A stretch of DNA of 64,000 nucleotides from Klebsormidium nitens (taxonomy: Eukaryota; Plantae; Klebsormidiophyceae): NCBI GenBank assembly GCA_000708835.1, contig DF237010.1:1-64000 (forward strand), read 5' to 3'. A program made the position numbers and the translations under genes. Under the pieces are notes generated by a model. That model searched no databases and was not told where the DNA came from. It saw nothing but the letters and a program-made list of their open reading frames with translations. Below are positions 28,703-42,000 of the stretch, in pieces (the stretch's first letter is position 1; each line of letters begins with the position of its first letter).

Positions 28703-31700
28703 TCACCCCGAGAATGGAGATGCCGCTCGCTGCGGTGGCGGTGCTCCGAGTGGCAGTGGGGGCGGGGGAGGCAGGTGCGCTGTGCCGGGCAGGGGCAGGC
28801 CGTCCGGGGTCAGGCCAGGGACGGCGCTCGGAGCAGCCGCGGCAGGGGGGGCAGCGCCCGTGCCGGGGACGAGGGAACGCGCTGCAACAGATGCAATACA
28901 ACAGCGACTTAGGCCAGAGCAGGGCAAGCCAGGTGCAGGCCCGACGTGCTGGTAAGAGAGTACACTGACAAGGCAAGCTCGCAAGGGGCCAAAATTGCCG
29001 GCTTCAAGGGTCTGATTACAGCTGGCAATAATAGAAGAGCGCGTGCGTGCGAGCTCTTGCCTGTGGCGTTGTACTTGTCGGTGAGTGCGTCGCCGGGCCG
29101 GTTGCGCCCCCAGACCTTGATGGTGTGGTCGCTGCTGCCGCTGCACAGCAGGTGGCCCATCGGGTGCCACGCCAGGTCCCACACCGCAGCCTCGTGCGCG
29201 CCCACCACCTCGCTCGCGGCCTCGCTCGCGCTGCACGCCAATACACGCACGGGGTGAGGCGGACGAGGGGCGAAGAGCCCAGCAATTGCTTCCGACCATA
29301 CGGAACAAGCAATACTGCGAGGGACCCACCTTTGAAAGCTCACGAAAACGTGCGCCAGTAGTTGTACCCCTGACATTTAGTGTATCCGGGCCGGAAAAGA
29401 AGCACATGTCAAAAGCTGCTAACCACGCAGCAATAAATCCGTGTCGCCTCCCCCTGTTGAAATTATTCGCATCCCCGTGCCTCACCTGGTGTACCAGATG
29501 CGGATGTTGCCGTCGTGCGCGGCGCTGGCGAAGAGGTCTTGGTGGACGGGGTGCCACGCGAGCGCGGTGACCTCCTTGGCGTGGCCGCGGAAGACGGCCA
29601 CCTCGCGCAGCGTGCGCACGTCGTATAGCCGGATCAGCTGGTCGCGGCTGCCCGCCAGCAGCAGGTGCCCGCCCGCATGCCACCGCACCGCCAGCACCGT
29701 GTTCTTCGCGCCGTGCCTACAAGGAACCACCACAGCTGGGCACATGTCAGGAGCAGAACGCAAACGACGACATTAAGCAAGTCGGGCGGAAGTACTTTGG
29801 AGTCGCCTCTAAAGGCGATCGCAACGACTCAAAAGCAGCGGTTCTAGTGCTCGTCTACTGCGGGCCTCTAAACTGGCAAAACAATCCATTAATACGAGGG
29901 GCGCTTACAGCGTGCTGAGCTGCTGGCCCTCCTTGGCGCCCCACAGCTTGACCAGGCCGTCCTTGCCGCCTGCACGGACACAACAAAACCAGCGAGTCAG
30001 GCCGCCTAGTCAGCAACACGGCCGAGCACTCTCCTCTTCGAGGGTCACCATCTCAAGGTGGGTTGTTCAAAGGGACATTCTTAAACTCTTCAAGGTCGTC
30101 AACGAAAACCACGATAGGGCTCAAAGCCGTCCGGACAACTTGCGAAAAGCGTGTCGCCCCCGGCTGTTGCTGCTCACCTGTGGCGATGAGCCCCTTTGAC
30201 GGGTGCCACTCCGCCGTCTTCACGTCCCACCCGTGGCCTGCACCCGACACCAAGGGGGTAAGTGCAGAAACAATCGACCAGTCGTGCTGCCACGGACAGG
30301 ACTGCACCCTGGTGACGCACACACAGCTTCCATTTGGTTCAAAAGGTAGAACTTCTGCTGCTGAGCGCGTCAAGGGGCTCCTCATGGCAGACAGAAGTCT
30401 GAGGCTACAAAGCCGCCAGAAACTTGATTTTCTGGTCTCCACCGACCAATGTCTACGCTGCGGCCAACTCCTCACGAAGAACCCTGCCATATGCCTGGCC
30501 ACCGGATCCAGACAGCATGCAGCGATGGCGCCTGGAACGGAAGGAATGAAGGTACCTGTCATGACGTGGTCCGTGACTCCACGCGCAAAGTCCCACACCT
30601 TGACGCTGCTGTCGTCGGAGCCGGAGCAAAACTTGAGGTCGGACGGCGCCCAGCTGCACACGAGCAAACACGACCGCGGCTGCAGATCGGGGAGGGCCCA
30701 TGCAATCGGAGATCAATGGGAATTTCGCACTACTCTTGACTCAGTAATCATGAACCCTTACAGGTCTCCCTCCCCGTCCGCCGGTTTCTTCAAGGCACAT
30801 TCAAGGAAGTTGGAGAATTTGTCGCCTAAAAGGGCGCACCCACCGCCTCTCCTCCCAGCTCACCTAAGGGCTCGCACCGGCTCTTTGTGGGCGGGGAGAC
30901 TCTTGAGGATCTTCATGGTCGTCTCCGAGTATCTGCACGCACAACGGCAGCTTAGAGCCCCAGCCGAAAGAGGGTCATGTCTACAGCGCCCCATTCACCT
31001 CGGCTCCGCGTTTGGCTGGCCAGTTTGTCAGCCTGCCTGCTGGGCCTGCCAATCAGCGCAGGGGTGGCCTCACATGATGGTCCCGCTGTCCTCTCCGCTG
31101 ATGAGGTAGTTCTCGTTGTGGCTCCACGCCATCGACCGCACAGCCGTTTGATGAGCCTGTAGACAAACGAGAAAATTTCAGCAGGTGGAATCATTGTCCC
31201 AGAATGGCCCTACTCCTATAGCCAGTTTCTTTACAAGCGCAAGTACAACATTCTACCCAACCTCCTTGTTCTGCTGCGCTGATGTGACACTTGGTCCTCG
31301 TAGGTCCTTGCACAGGCACCTGGTTGCGGACCAGTGCCCGCTTCGCGTGACGGCCAGTGTCCCCGCCTGACAGTGAGGGCCCCTCACCTGGATCAGGTGC
31401 TCGAAGGTGAAGGTCTGGCCGCTCCACAACGTCAGCTCGCCCGCCTGGGACCCCGTGATGAGCCGCCGCCCACTGGGCGTCCACTGAAAAACATAGCACA
31501 CGAAGCACACGTGGGGAACAAGCATGACTTGAGGCCACCAAACTCAGATGAGGGCGCGAGAGCAGCTCAGCCAACTCCACACTGGGACATAGGCAGCAGG
31601 GGCAGTGTGGCCTCACCACGACCTTGTTGACGGAGGCGCGCACTTTGTTGGTGGTCTGGCTGACCCAGCGCGTGGCCTGGCTGCTGGCGGGGGTGCACGG

Positions 31701-32591
31701 GTAGCCTGCGGGGGGAAGCATCTGCACGCCACCACCACCACTCATCATCAAAATACAGCGCTTGCCCGAAGAGCAAGAAAGCGGCCTTGGAGGTGTTGCA
31801 GCTCGGAGTAGTGAATTCAGTAGAGCAATTGTGAGGGGGGGCCTGGCGTTTCTGGACTCACGTCAGCGGCGGCAGCGGGGACAGGCTGCACTGCGGGGGC
31901 GTCCCAAACCTCGCGCTGGTACATGCGCGCCTGCCACAGGAACACATTACACGCATCAGACTCACAACACACGATTTTGTGATGATACTTGGCCAAGCTT
32001 CCACCACCACCGTCGGTCAGCTCTGTAAGAGACCCACAGCTATTGTGCGAAGGCTTGAACAAAAGCAGCCGCCTAAACCCGTCACAGCTTGAGCGTTTGC
32101 CTATTTCAGGGCCGCAACTAACCTGGATCAGCCGATAGATGGTGCTGATGTGGTCCACCGTGCGGCGCTGGCGGGCGCGATAACCGGGGCGGCCTGGAAG
32201 GCAACAGAAGACAGACCATGGAAAAGGGACTGGGCCAACCCAGCCGAGTTTCTTGGAAAAACGAGACTGCAGCAGGAAAGCAAGACTCCTACGGACAAAC
32301 ACACCAGAAAGCGAATGCGGCTCTGGAACAAGGCCTGCCCAAAGTTTCTGATGATGCCAAAAGGTTCTAAAGTCAAAGTGCCTCTGATCGTCAGCGAGGA
32401 ACAAAACGAAGGGACCATTTGTATCATGTCCCAGCTGTCTGGTCAAATGGTTACGCAACATCCACCACCAGAAGTGTAACGCCAAAGCATGCTGGGCGGC
32501 AACTTTATTCCTCACCGTCGGCTGCAGCATTTCTGAAATCGTTCTCATCAGCAGCTGGAAAACCATGATAGCTGCCCGAGCCAGACGCCAT
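28703..32591 (-). CDS. FY: Polyadenylation factor FY / WDR33 / Pfs2 (WD40 subunit of CPSF)
   Basis: Exons encode [120 protein letters not shown] and a Pro-rich tail. In-frame ATG at 32591 (alternative start 33031, see findings); TGA at 28703-28705 (an extra 3' exon is possible). Confidence 0.95.
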
Positions 32592-33029
32592 GGAAAAGTA
32601 TGTGTCGCACCACCAATCAGGTGGCGTATAGCGCACTTTTCAAGCAGCACACGAAGGGAATGCTGGGCACCCTGGCAGTAGAAAGAAAGTGAAGAGTTTC
32701 TGGGCGATCACGTCTGAGCAGTGCTCGAAAATTTGTTCAGTAGTCTGTCAGAATTCCTCAAAACTCTAGGATTTGGCCCCCTTATCCCATCAACCCGCAG
32801 AAACGTCAAGAGCGCGCTCCCGAGACGTCAGGTTTATCCACCGGAAAAATGCCGTTGCTCAATGCAAGAGGTAAAACCGGCAGATGAATATGTTGGATTT
32901 TACCAATCTTGGCAACGATTTGAGAACGGGACTTCAACAATTCTGAGAGTCCGAGTCTGATCCATACGGTACTCCTACCAGATTGCATCTGGATGCTCAG
33001 GTCGGCGCTGCTGGCGTTTGCCGCCCGCC
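32592..33029. promoter_or_regulatory. Very short divergent region shared by FY and NUP160
   Basis: At most 438 bp separates the FY ATG (32591, -) from the NUP160 ATG (33030, +). Confidence 0.6.
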
Positions 33030-36000
33030 ATGGCTGCTGTGGAGGCCACGTTGTGGCAGGGCAGCGCCCATGATGAGTGGTTGGACGTGCACGTGCGGGG
33101 GGAGGGTCACCAGGGTGGAGAAGGCCAGGGGGGAGCAGCGGAGGATGCGGCGGCCAGTGGCGCCATTGCGGGTGGCGCATTGCTGCCCAGCAACTGGCTG
33201 GTTGCATGGTGAGGAGCACATAACGTTTCGTGATTTCTAGAACGCACTATGCTGCGACTCCAGAAACGTCGTCACGACCACCTCACCGTGTCTGTGAAAC
33301 TGTACATAATGCATTTGTGATGAAGGGTGGTCGAGGTTGAGCTTGGGGTGGAATGTGGACTTTCCTTTTGATTGGAGGTCCGATACAACTTATCGCCTGG
33401 TCTTCCAAATATGTGTAGGAGGATCCGTAGCGGCAGCCCCCGGATCCTTGAGGTGCAGCAGGCCCACATTGTCGAAGCGTCAAGTTTTTGTGGAGTGCGC
33501 CTCCACTTCCCAGCTGCTGTGCAGGATGTCGACCTCAAGGTACGGAACCGGAGCTTCTTTGCAGTCGCAAAAAGTTGCTCATTGCTGATGAATTCATGGC
33601 CATTGATTTGATTGTGACAGCACTTTAATCGGGACCTTCCTTTGCACGCCTCAGTGTTGCATAGATGCTACGATCCAGCGTGACCTCTACTGCCGTTTGC
33701 CAGTCAGGCGCCAAGACAAAATTGCCCGACCCTTCCTCCATTCGCACAGCCCACTGCGACTGGCGCTGTCCTGGTCGCGCTCTTCTCGGCAGGCATCCTT
33801 TACTCCGCCCCTCTGCCCGCAACCCCATCAGGGCTTGCCCTTGAGCAGCTGAGCCCCACCAGCTTGCGCCGCCACAACCTGGCTGCCCCGCTTGGCCGCC
33901 TAGGCGGGGCCACCAGCCTGGCAGCCGCGGCAAGCCATGCCCTCATAGGAACGAAAGCAGGAACACTGCTTATGTGCGCACTGCCGGCTGAACAAGGTAC
34001 ATTTCTCCCCTGGTTTTGTTTTTCGTTTTCGGTCTTGATTCGTTTTGACTCTGATGCGGCTTAAGATAAGATAAGATAAATCCTGTGATGAGTGAATCTT
34101 GTTGATGCGACTTCATTCAAAGCACTCTGCATAAACTTGTAGCAACATCGCGTGTAGTGATTGTGCTCCAACCGCTTGGACGCCACTGCCCCAGCAACTC
34201 CTCATAAAAGCCCCGCTCGTCATTTGCAGACGAGGTCACTGAGCTGAAGGAGGCGGACCGCGTGCTGGGGCGGCTGTGGAGAGGGCTCGTCTCAGGGTAG
34301 GTGCCCCTTGGGACAAGGCCTTACTACTTGCACAAAATTCGCAGTGACGATCTGTCTAAAACGTTATCTACAAAACAGTCTGTGGCTGTATCGCTCGATC
34401 GTGAAGCATTCCGTCGTTCCCCTGACATTACGCATTGCTCACAAGACGTGATCGCCAGGCCCTATCCATACAATCCTGCCTCTCCCACTGCTCTCCAGTG
34501 TGCCCGCTAGCAGCCCAATTTGCGCTGTGGCGACGTTACGATTGCGCGGGGCTGACGTGGGGGCGGCCCTCCATCTGGACGGCAGCCTGCGGCTCTGGAA
34601 TTTGCAAACCCGCGACCAGCTTGTACGCGCACCGCCGTTGCACATCCCTGAGGAAGCCAAAGGTGCGTCATGATAACTGTTTTCGTAAGAGATTCTCTTA
34701 CCATGTGTCTGCCTCCTTGGTGATCAAATTTGAACGTTTTTCCAGTGCTTTTTTGCAACTTGGTGTTTCCATTTTTTACTTAGTCAGTACTGCCTTAAAG
34801 CGGGTCAAGGAGCACAAGCCTAAAGGAAGAATATTAAACAACCCCAAAAAACACCGCAACTCCGCTCCTGTGGTAAAGGTTGGCCCCTTGACGCTCGAAT
34901 CCACGTTATAATGCAATCAAGACTTTTCGTCCTCTAAGATTGACATCATGTATCCGTTATCCGGGGATCCAAACCCGTTGCTCCTTTGAAACAGTGGGCA
35001 ACGTGCGGTAAGATTGATAGAGAGGAGCTTTGTATGGTGCAGAGCTTTGCGCAGGGTTGAGGCCCGAAGCTTTCCTTGTGTGTGCAGGGTATGCCCCTAG
35101 CGGTCTGCTGTCTGTGGATACCAGCGAAGGGGCGCGCCGCATCGCCGTTGGCTACCGGCATCCCCAAGAGTTGCGCCAGGTAGGGACGATCGTTGACGAG
35201 GCCAGACGCTGATGAACTGCGCCGTTCAACAAATCTGTTGCTTAGTGCATGGATTCCCTTCTTTAAAAGGATTTTGGTCTGCGTTTGGAAAAGTGGGTTG
35301 ATTGTGGGTTCTTGCCGGCTCACGTGCCCCTGTTCTTCTTCAGGTGGTGTGCCTGTACGAGATAGAGGAGCACGGCTGGGCCGCCACCTTTGTGCAGTCC
35401 CATACGATCGAGGTGAGCCCCTTCCTCCAACAAGGACGCACATACGACGGCCAAAAACTAGCACGATGCTTGTTTCTGCAGGATCAAGCCATGCGGTTGT
35501 GTAAGCCTTTGTTCACATCTTTTGTGTGGAAAGCCTTTCAGACGCGCTTCGACATGGTTTCGTCGGGCGGCAATGCTGTCACTCCATGCCTCGTTGTTAC
35601 TTGTGCAGGGCCACGTGTCGTCCCTGGCCCTCACTGCTGCGGGCCTCACCCTGCTGGCTGCTCCCACTCCCAACGTACCTGCCCGCCTCGAGCAGCGCAG
35701 CTGGCGCCAGTGAGTGCTTCCGCCGAGTTGCAAGATACACTCACGTTGTACTCTCCATTCTTACCTTATTCCTTTCAGTCGTTCCACTGACCACTGCGTC
35801 GTCACGAGTTGTGTTTTTTCACGGTTGAACCACGGTAAACGGTCTTCCCTGCTTGCGGATGACTGAAGAGGTCTGGCTGCCTGGGGTGTTATGCTCTTTC
35901 CAACAAGCGCTTCTTTCCGCGACCCCCCTGCAGGCACACTGTTGATGCGCCCTTATCTGTGGTGCCGGCCTCTGATTACGTGCACACCCGCCTTCTGCTG

Positions 36001-39000
36001 GGGGACGATCAAGAGGGTGCTTTCGAGCAAGTATGGGCTGCACTGGAAGACGTGGTGAGCCGCCCTGGCAACACTGCCGTACCTGTTGTCGAAGGGAAGA
36101 AGGAGACTCCACGTTCCACACGATCCAATCGTCTTTACCCCGCTCATTCTGCGCCGTGTGTATGAACGATGGGCAATAACATTTGAAACATCGTGTGTCA
36201 GTCGAGTCGAGTGACCGTTGATGCTAAGCGATCAAACGCTTTTAGCTGACCCGCCTGCTTTGTGCGGCCCGCAGGAGCTGCCAGACGTGTCGGCTGTGTT
36301 TGTGGACCGCCTGCTGTCCGTTGGCGTCTTCTCGGCCGAGGCTCTCACGCGGCTGCTGATCGCCCGAGGAGTGCCCCCAGCTCACGGTCGGGATGTGGCG
36401 GAAACGGCACAACGATTGCGACAAGCGGCCAAGGTAAAGCGAGATGAAACGGCAAATTCGAGCATCTGCTTCTCATGCTGCATACGAGCACGCAAAGGTT
36501 GAGGCACAGGAGGGAGATAAGAATATAACGCTCAGCAACGCACATTGCGGAGCCACCAGTGAAAAATGCGAGGCGCTTTTGGTTTATTACCCCGTTGTTC
36601 GATGCTCATACATGAGCCGATCACAAACCTTCCAAAAGTCGAGGGCGCTTCTTTCGCTCACAATAGTAAATGGGTGAGGCCTTTGGCGTCACTCCGGGCG
36701 CGTTTTCTCGATCGGACATATTGCTCTGCAGGTGCCTTCAACTGCAGACCAGGCAACCGCTCTCCGCGGCTGGCGTTCTCTCGCCCAGTCTTACGCTACC
36801 ACGTGGACTGACCTCCATCAGCCCCTCGGGCTCGCCACCAACTCAGACGGCACTTTCGCTGCGGCAGTCAACTCCGACTCGATTTCAGTCCTAAGGGCAC
36901 CCGACAAGGCGGAAACAGAACGACCAAGTACGTCGACGGAGGTAGAGAATGCTTCGCCCAGCCTGGCACGGTGCTTAGAGCTCGTTGGCGCAGGGCTGGG
37001 TAGCGTAGCAGGGGAAGTGCTGACGGAGCTGCTGCTGCGGGGGGGCAACGCGCAAGGGGCGCTGGACGCGTTCCTGGGCCTCTTAGAGGGGGGCATGTCG
37101 GCACTCGACGGCGACAGGCAAAGGCATAAACACGACCGGGAACGTATTCTGCAATTACGGCAGAGCGTAGAACAGCTGGGAAGCGGAGCAGGGGGATGGG
37201 ACGGCGTGCTGGCGCAGATGAGATTGTTAATAGCGGGGCTGGAGGCGGGGCCGGGGCAGGTAGCTGACGCTGTGGCGGGGGGGCGGCCGGGGGCCGGCCT
37301 GGCGGTCGGAGGGGGCGTGCGGCAAGCGGTGGCCGCGCAGCTGCGGCGGGCGCATCACGTGCTGCTGCTGCTGGGACTTGTACAGCGGTGTGGCGCTCAG
37401 GTAAGGAATGAATCCGCCCATATTAATCGCCCGCATGACCTTGCGAAATGCTTGGGCGCCCATGTCTTGCATCGGTGACATTGGCGTTACACAAAGCCAT
37501 CAATGTTCCACCGACCGGGTTTGAACGATCTGATAGGGACAGATTCGCTGTGAGCTCTTGCTCTGGCACACTTTCTGCCCCCTAGAAGTCTCAAGAAGGT
37601 ATCTTGCGGCCGTATGCAGGTCGGGGTGCCCCCGCCCGTGCTTGCCGCTGTCCAGTCGGAGCTGGTCCCTGCCACGTGGCGGCTGCTGTCGTCGCTGCTG
37701 CTGGTGCACAGCCTGGCCACCATCCCGGCCGCCACGCTCGCGGCCCCCTCTGGCGTCGACTTCAGCCAGCGGCTGTCCACCCTGCAAATAGGTAAGCGGC
37801 ACAACCACGAAATCACTGCCCCGAGCCAGACCTGCCGGATCTGCCCCGTGGAGAGACGGTTCCTCTTCCCCATGCATTTATTCCGTCTTTCAGACGCTCT
37901 CGCTCAGATTGTCAAGAAAAACGTGTGCGTTCCTGACAAGCAACTTGATAAGCACATGATTCCAGGTAAACACTGATGTGTAAGCAACTGAAGCTCTGTC
38001 CGTCCAGGCGACTCACGCGGCCCTCCGTCCCTTCCGCCCGGGACCCTGTCCTTGGCTGACGTCACCCTGGCCGCTCAAGGCTGGCTGCCTCCCCTCTCGT
38101 CCGCTGTCCCGCCGCCCGCTGTCCTGCTGCAAGCTGTGCAGAGCGCCCTGGGCGGTCTGCGGTGGCGCGGGGGACGGCGGGAGCCGCAAAGTGCGGTGGA
38201 GCGCGCAGCAGACCTGGCGGTGCTGCTGCTGCAACACAACCAGCACGTAGCGCTCAAGGTCAGCCGCAGCACCTCTCCGCGTTGCTTCTCAAAATGCCTA
38301 GCGTTCCATACAACCTGGGAACTTTTCAAGTATCCGGAGGCCTAAGATGCAGAGACCGTACGTTGTTGTCCACGTAGATTTCGATTTCTCGCCAAACGGC
38401 CGAGGAATGGAACGTCAACAACATCCAAACCATCCGCAATTATGCCAACTGGCGCTGCAAACGTCCGTTGCTGCGCTTTGCATTGCCAACAATCTGGAGC
38501 TCGGGTTACATTCATTCTGCCAAATGACGTATGGGACGACTCTGCTCGAAGCGCCCCACGAGGCGACGGTGATCGTTGCACACTTTCATCTTGCACTCTG
38601 CTCTGGGGTGCAGGTGTTTCTGCAACGCGTTCTTGACGTGGCTGCCAGCCTGCCCACCGACCTCGGTAACGCACCCGGCAGTGGGGGAACAGCCGCGGTG
38701 TGGTTCCTGTACGGGCTGTGCTGCCTGGCAACCACAGGGGCGGACGCTGCGCGGGAGCAAGGAGCGGAGGACGAGGCCGTGGCGGCTTTTCTCAAGTAGG
38801 GCGGCTCTGAAAGGAGCACCCTGTTGATTGGCAGTGCTGAACCATGCCGCAATATAAGGTTGAATCTCAGCTGGAGTCTTCTTTTGGGAACGGAGAGTGA
38901 TGAGATACACGGGGTTGAGATTGACAGGACTTGTGTTTGCTGTTGCCGGGCTCCTTTTATGGACGCCCTGCGCAATTCTGCCCCGTCTCATCATCCTTTT

Positions 39001-42000
39001 CCTCGTCCTTTGCTGTAACCAGGGCTGGTACCTCCGTTGGCAGCCCCGATGCCCTTTTGGCGTCAATCCTGCGGCTCTTCTCCCCTCAGCTAGCATCCAC
39101 CGCAGCAACCACATTCAACGGTAAGGCATGCGGCATGACCCTCTTTAGTTGTTGCTATTGCTGGCCCCTTGCACCCGTTAACTTCCCTGCTGGCTGCGAG
39201 TCGCTTTCGAGCTTCAATTGATAAAGCTTTACTCTTGTGTTTCTGCTACCCGTTCATCATCGATCTGGTTCTGAAATGGTTTCAAGCCTCCTTTCTTGCG
39301 TAACTATTCTGCTGAATCGCCTCTCTCGCTGTTGCCGCAGCCTCCTCGTCGGCCCTGCACCGCGTGCACTACTTCGAGCTGGTCCTCGCCCTCTTGGAGC
39401 GGTACGGCCACCTTGCCGGCGCGCTCCAGTGCGCGCGCGCCGCCCTCCAGGAGCTCGCCGCCGCCTACCCCCCCGCCCCGCCCCCTTCGGACGCTGCCTC
39501 CGACGCCGACCCAGACGGCGACCTGATGCTGTCCGGGTCCGAGCTGGCCCTCTCTAGCAGCCAGGCGCGCGAGGTGCACGCCGCGCTGCTGTGGGGCCAC
39601 GTGTTCGACCTGGCGCTGCGGCTGCGGCGCTACGGGGAGGCATATGCCGCCATCGTGAGCAATCCCGACGCGGGGAGCGCGGGGGAGAACCTGCGGCGGC
39701 TGGTGACGGTGCTGTGCGAGGCGGGCGACGTGGACGTGCTGTGCGGGCAGCAGCTGGCGTACGGGGGGAAGCTGGAGGCAGTGCACCACGAGCTGCTCAG
39801 AAAGGTGGGGACGGGAACACACAGTACTCCTTTTTAGGGCCTCCTTTGCAGTCCCTAGATTCATGACCTTGTTTGGTTGGACTGGGCGTCCTCAGAAGCT
39901 GTAACATCCTGAATTGCTATGTCCACCTTCAATCACTCGCAGTCCCACTTCGTTGTGCAGTTTCTTCGTGACCCCCCAGCTTGGCCTACAACTCGCGTGA
40001 CGTTTTGACCAATCTGACCGCCCCCTTAAAACCCCCGCCTCCACCCCCTTTCTCCAGGCCGAGACGTCGGACGTGGGTGCACAATCCAACCCGTACCGCG
40101 TCCTCTTCGCCTTCCACACGGCCCGCCACAACTGGCGGCACGCGGCGGCCGCCATGCACCGCTACGCGCAGCGCGTGGCGCAGGAGGCGCCCGTCACGGC
40201 CGCCAGCGTGCGCGTCCAAGCCGAGAGCGTCCTCGCCGCGGTCACCGCGCTGCGCCTCCTCCCGCCCGACAGTGCATGGCTGCCCGCAGAGGACGGCATC
40301 CCCGGGCCCAGCAAACGGCCGCGCATCGAGGGTGAGGCCACCGACAGACACTCCTGGCGCAGCCTGGCGTCCATAAGTGCGGCTGGAACACTCCTAAACT
40401 AAATGTGCTCCATAAGTGTGGAGTAGATATTCACCTTCGGGCAACATGTACCCCACTTCGGACTTATCGCATATCCATGGGAATGAGGTGAGGAGGTGTT
40501 TTTAGCATTCGCTTGTTTGCTATGTTTTTGGTGCAGGCGAGGGTGCGGGGCGGCTGCGCGTGACTGTGGGCATCCCCGACCTGCAGCAGCAGCATGCGGT
40601 TCTGCTGGCGCGCCTCTTCCTGCTGCAGCGGCCGCAGGAAAGCATCCGCAGACGAGCAGGTGCGATCACGTCACGCCTCAACAGCCGAGCGTCAGAAAAA
40701 AGAAGGGGAAAGTCTCAAGATGGGAATGCTCGTCGCTTTCATCCTGCAATGATTGCTTTGTTTGACGGCAAGTCTTGCATCTTGGAGGGTCTGAATATTC
40801 CCTTCGAATAGCAGCGCCAGGTCTAAATAAGAATGAAAGCTTTTCGTTGTCGTTGCGTCCGAAGTACAACGTCCAGTCGCTGTTTCTCATCTGCAAGCCG
40901 ATTTTCCTGCGTGATTAGGGCTCGCCTCCACCTGCCGCCCGTCTAACCCAGTTGCGTGCGTGCTTTCTTGTGTTGGTACAGAGAGCGTGGCTGCGGTGCC
41001 GGAGGTGGTGTGGCTGCTGCTGGAGGCCGCCGCCTTCGACCAGGCCCTGTCGCTCGCCACTGTCTGCCTCACCGGCGCGCCCCTCCGCAAGTGAGCCATC
41101 GACTTCGTCGTGCTCCTGAAGTCGGAGGATACTGACCGAACTGCTATTTATTCTGTCGCCTCTCAACAGGCAGGATCATCAGGGGAGCCAATGCTCAAGT
41201 GATGCTTCCCGCTTTAGTATACTCAGTCACCGAGTGGAGCCGGCTTCTTACCTCGGCGCTCCCTACCCACTGCTTCTTCCGTCGCCTTTGTCGTCAAGTT
41301 ACCGCCGACTTCGGGCAGCAACCTTCCTAAGAGTCTGTGCAGTTTTTGCTGTGCATATTTCAGCAAGCCAGCTGTATCAAAGCGATATTTGGGGACTAGC
41401 GACCTCAGTACTTTCTGTATGCCAGCGTGCTGACGCCTTGCCTGGCCGTGTGCAGGGAGTTGGAGGCCATATTTCGGAGCCTGGCGGGGGCGTGCTGCCG
41501 CGCACAGGCCCAAGAGGACAGGGAGCACAACCCCGCCCGGTAAGCGCATTTGCACAGAGAGCGGCTTCGGATGCTTCCGGCGCATCTTCGACTCTCTCTC
41601 TGGCAAAAGTAACAAAGGATTGCGTGTCTGCCTGAGGTGTGAGTCGGTGGATCCGTGGGCCCGGATCGGGGTCGCCAAATGTTACTGGGCGCAGACAGGC
41701 TAACAGAGCTAGCTCAAGCCTGGCTACCGTTTAAGATGCCACATCGGCCACTTGTTTCCAGGGCCTTGACTACAAAGACGTGTCTTGCCCAGCACGCGTG
41801 CCGTTCAGCGCCCGCTGCTGACGTTCTCTTTCTCCTGCCCTGGTCCCCAGGTCGGCTGCCCCCCGGTCGGTGGCGTCCTCCCTGGACGGCTTCTCCCCGC
41901 TCCTGCAGGAGCGCAGCGCCGAAGACACCACCGCCACCGCCGCCACGCTCTGGCGCAGCTTGCAGGCCTACCTCGTAAGGAAGCCCCCAGCCGACACCCA

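Noticed and set aside
33750-33996. Apparent frameshift in NUP160 exon 3
   Set aside because: On re-reading the exon is a single open frame (…PLPATPSGLALEQ…); the ORF track only starts late because no start codon occurs earlier.
34085-34200. C-box-like GTGATGA in a NUP160 intron (also at 6513)
   Set aside because: No D box (CTGA) with a terminal stem at snoRNA-like distance.
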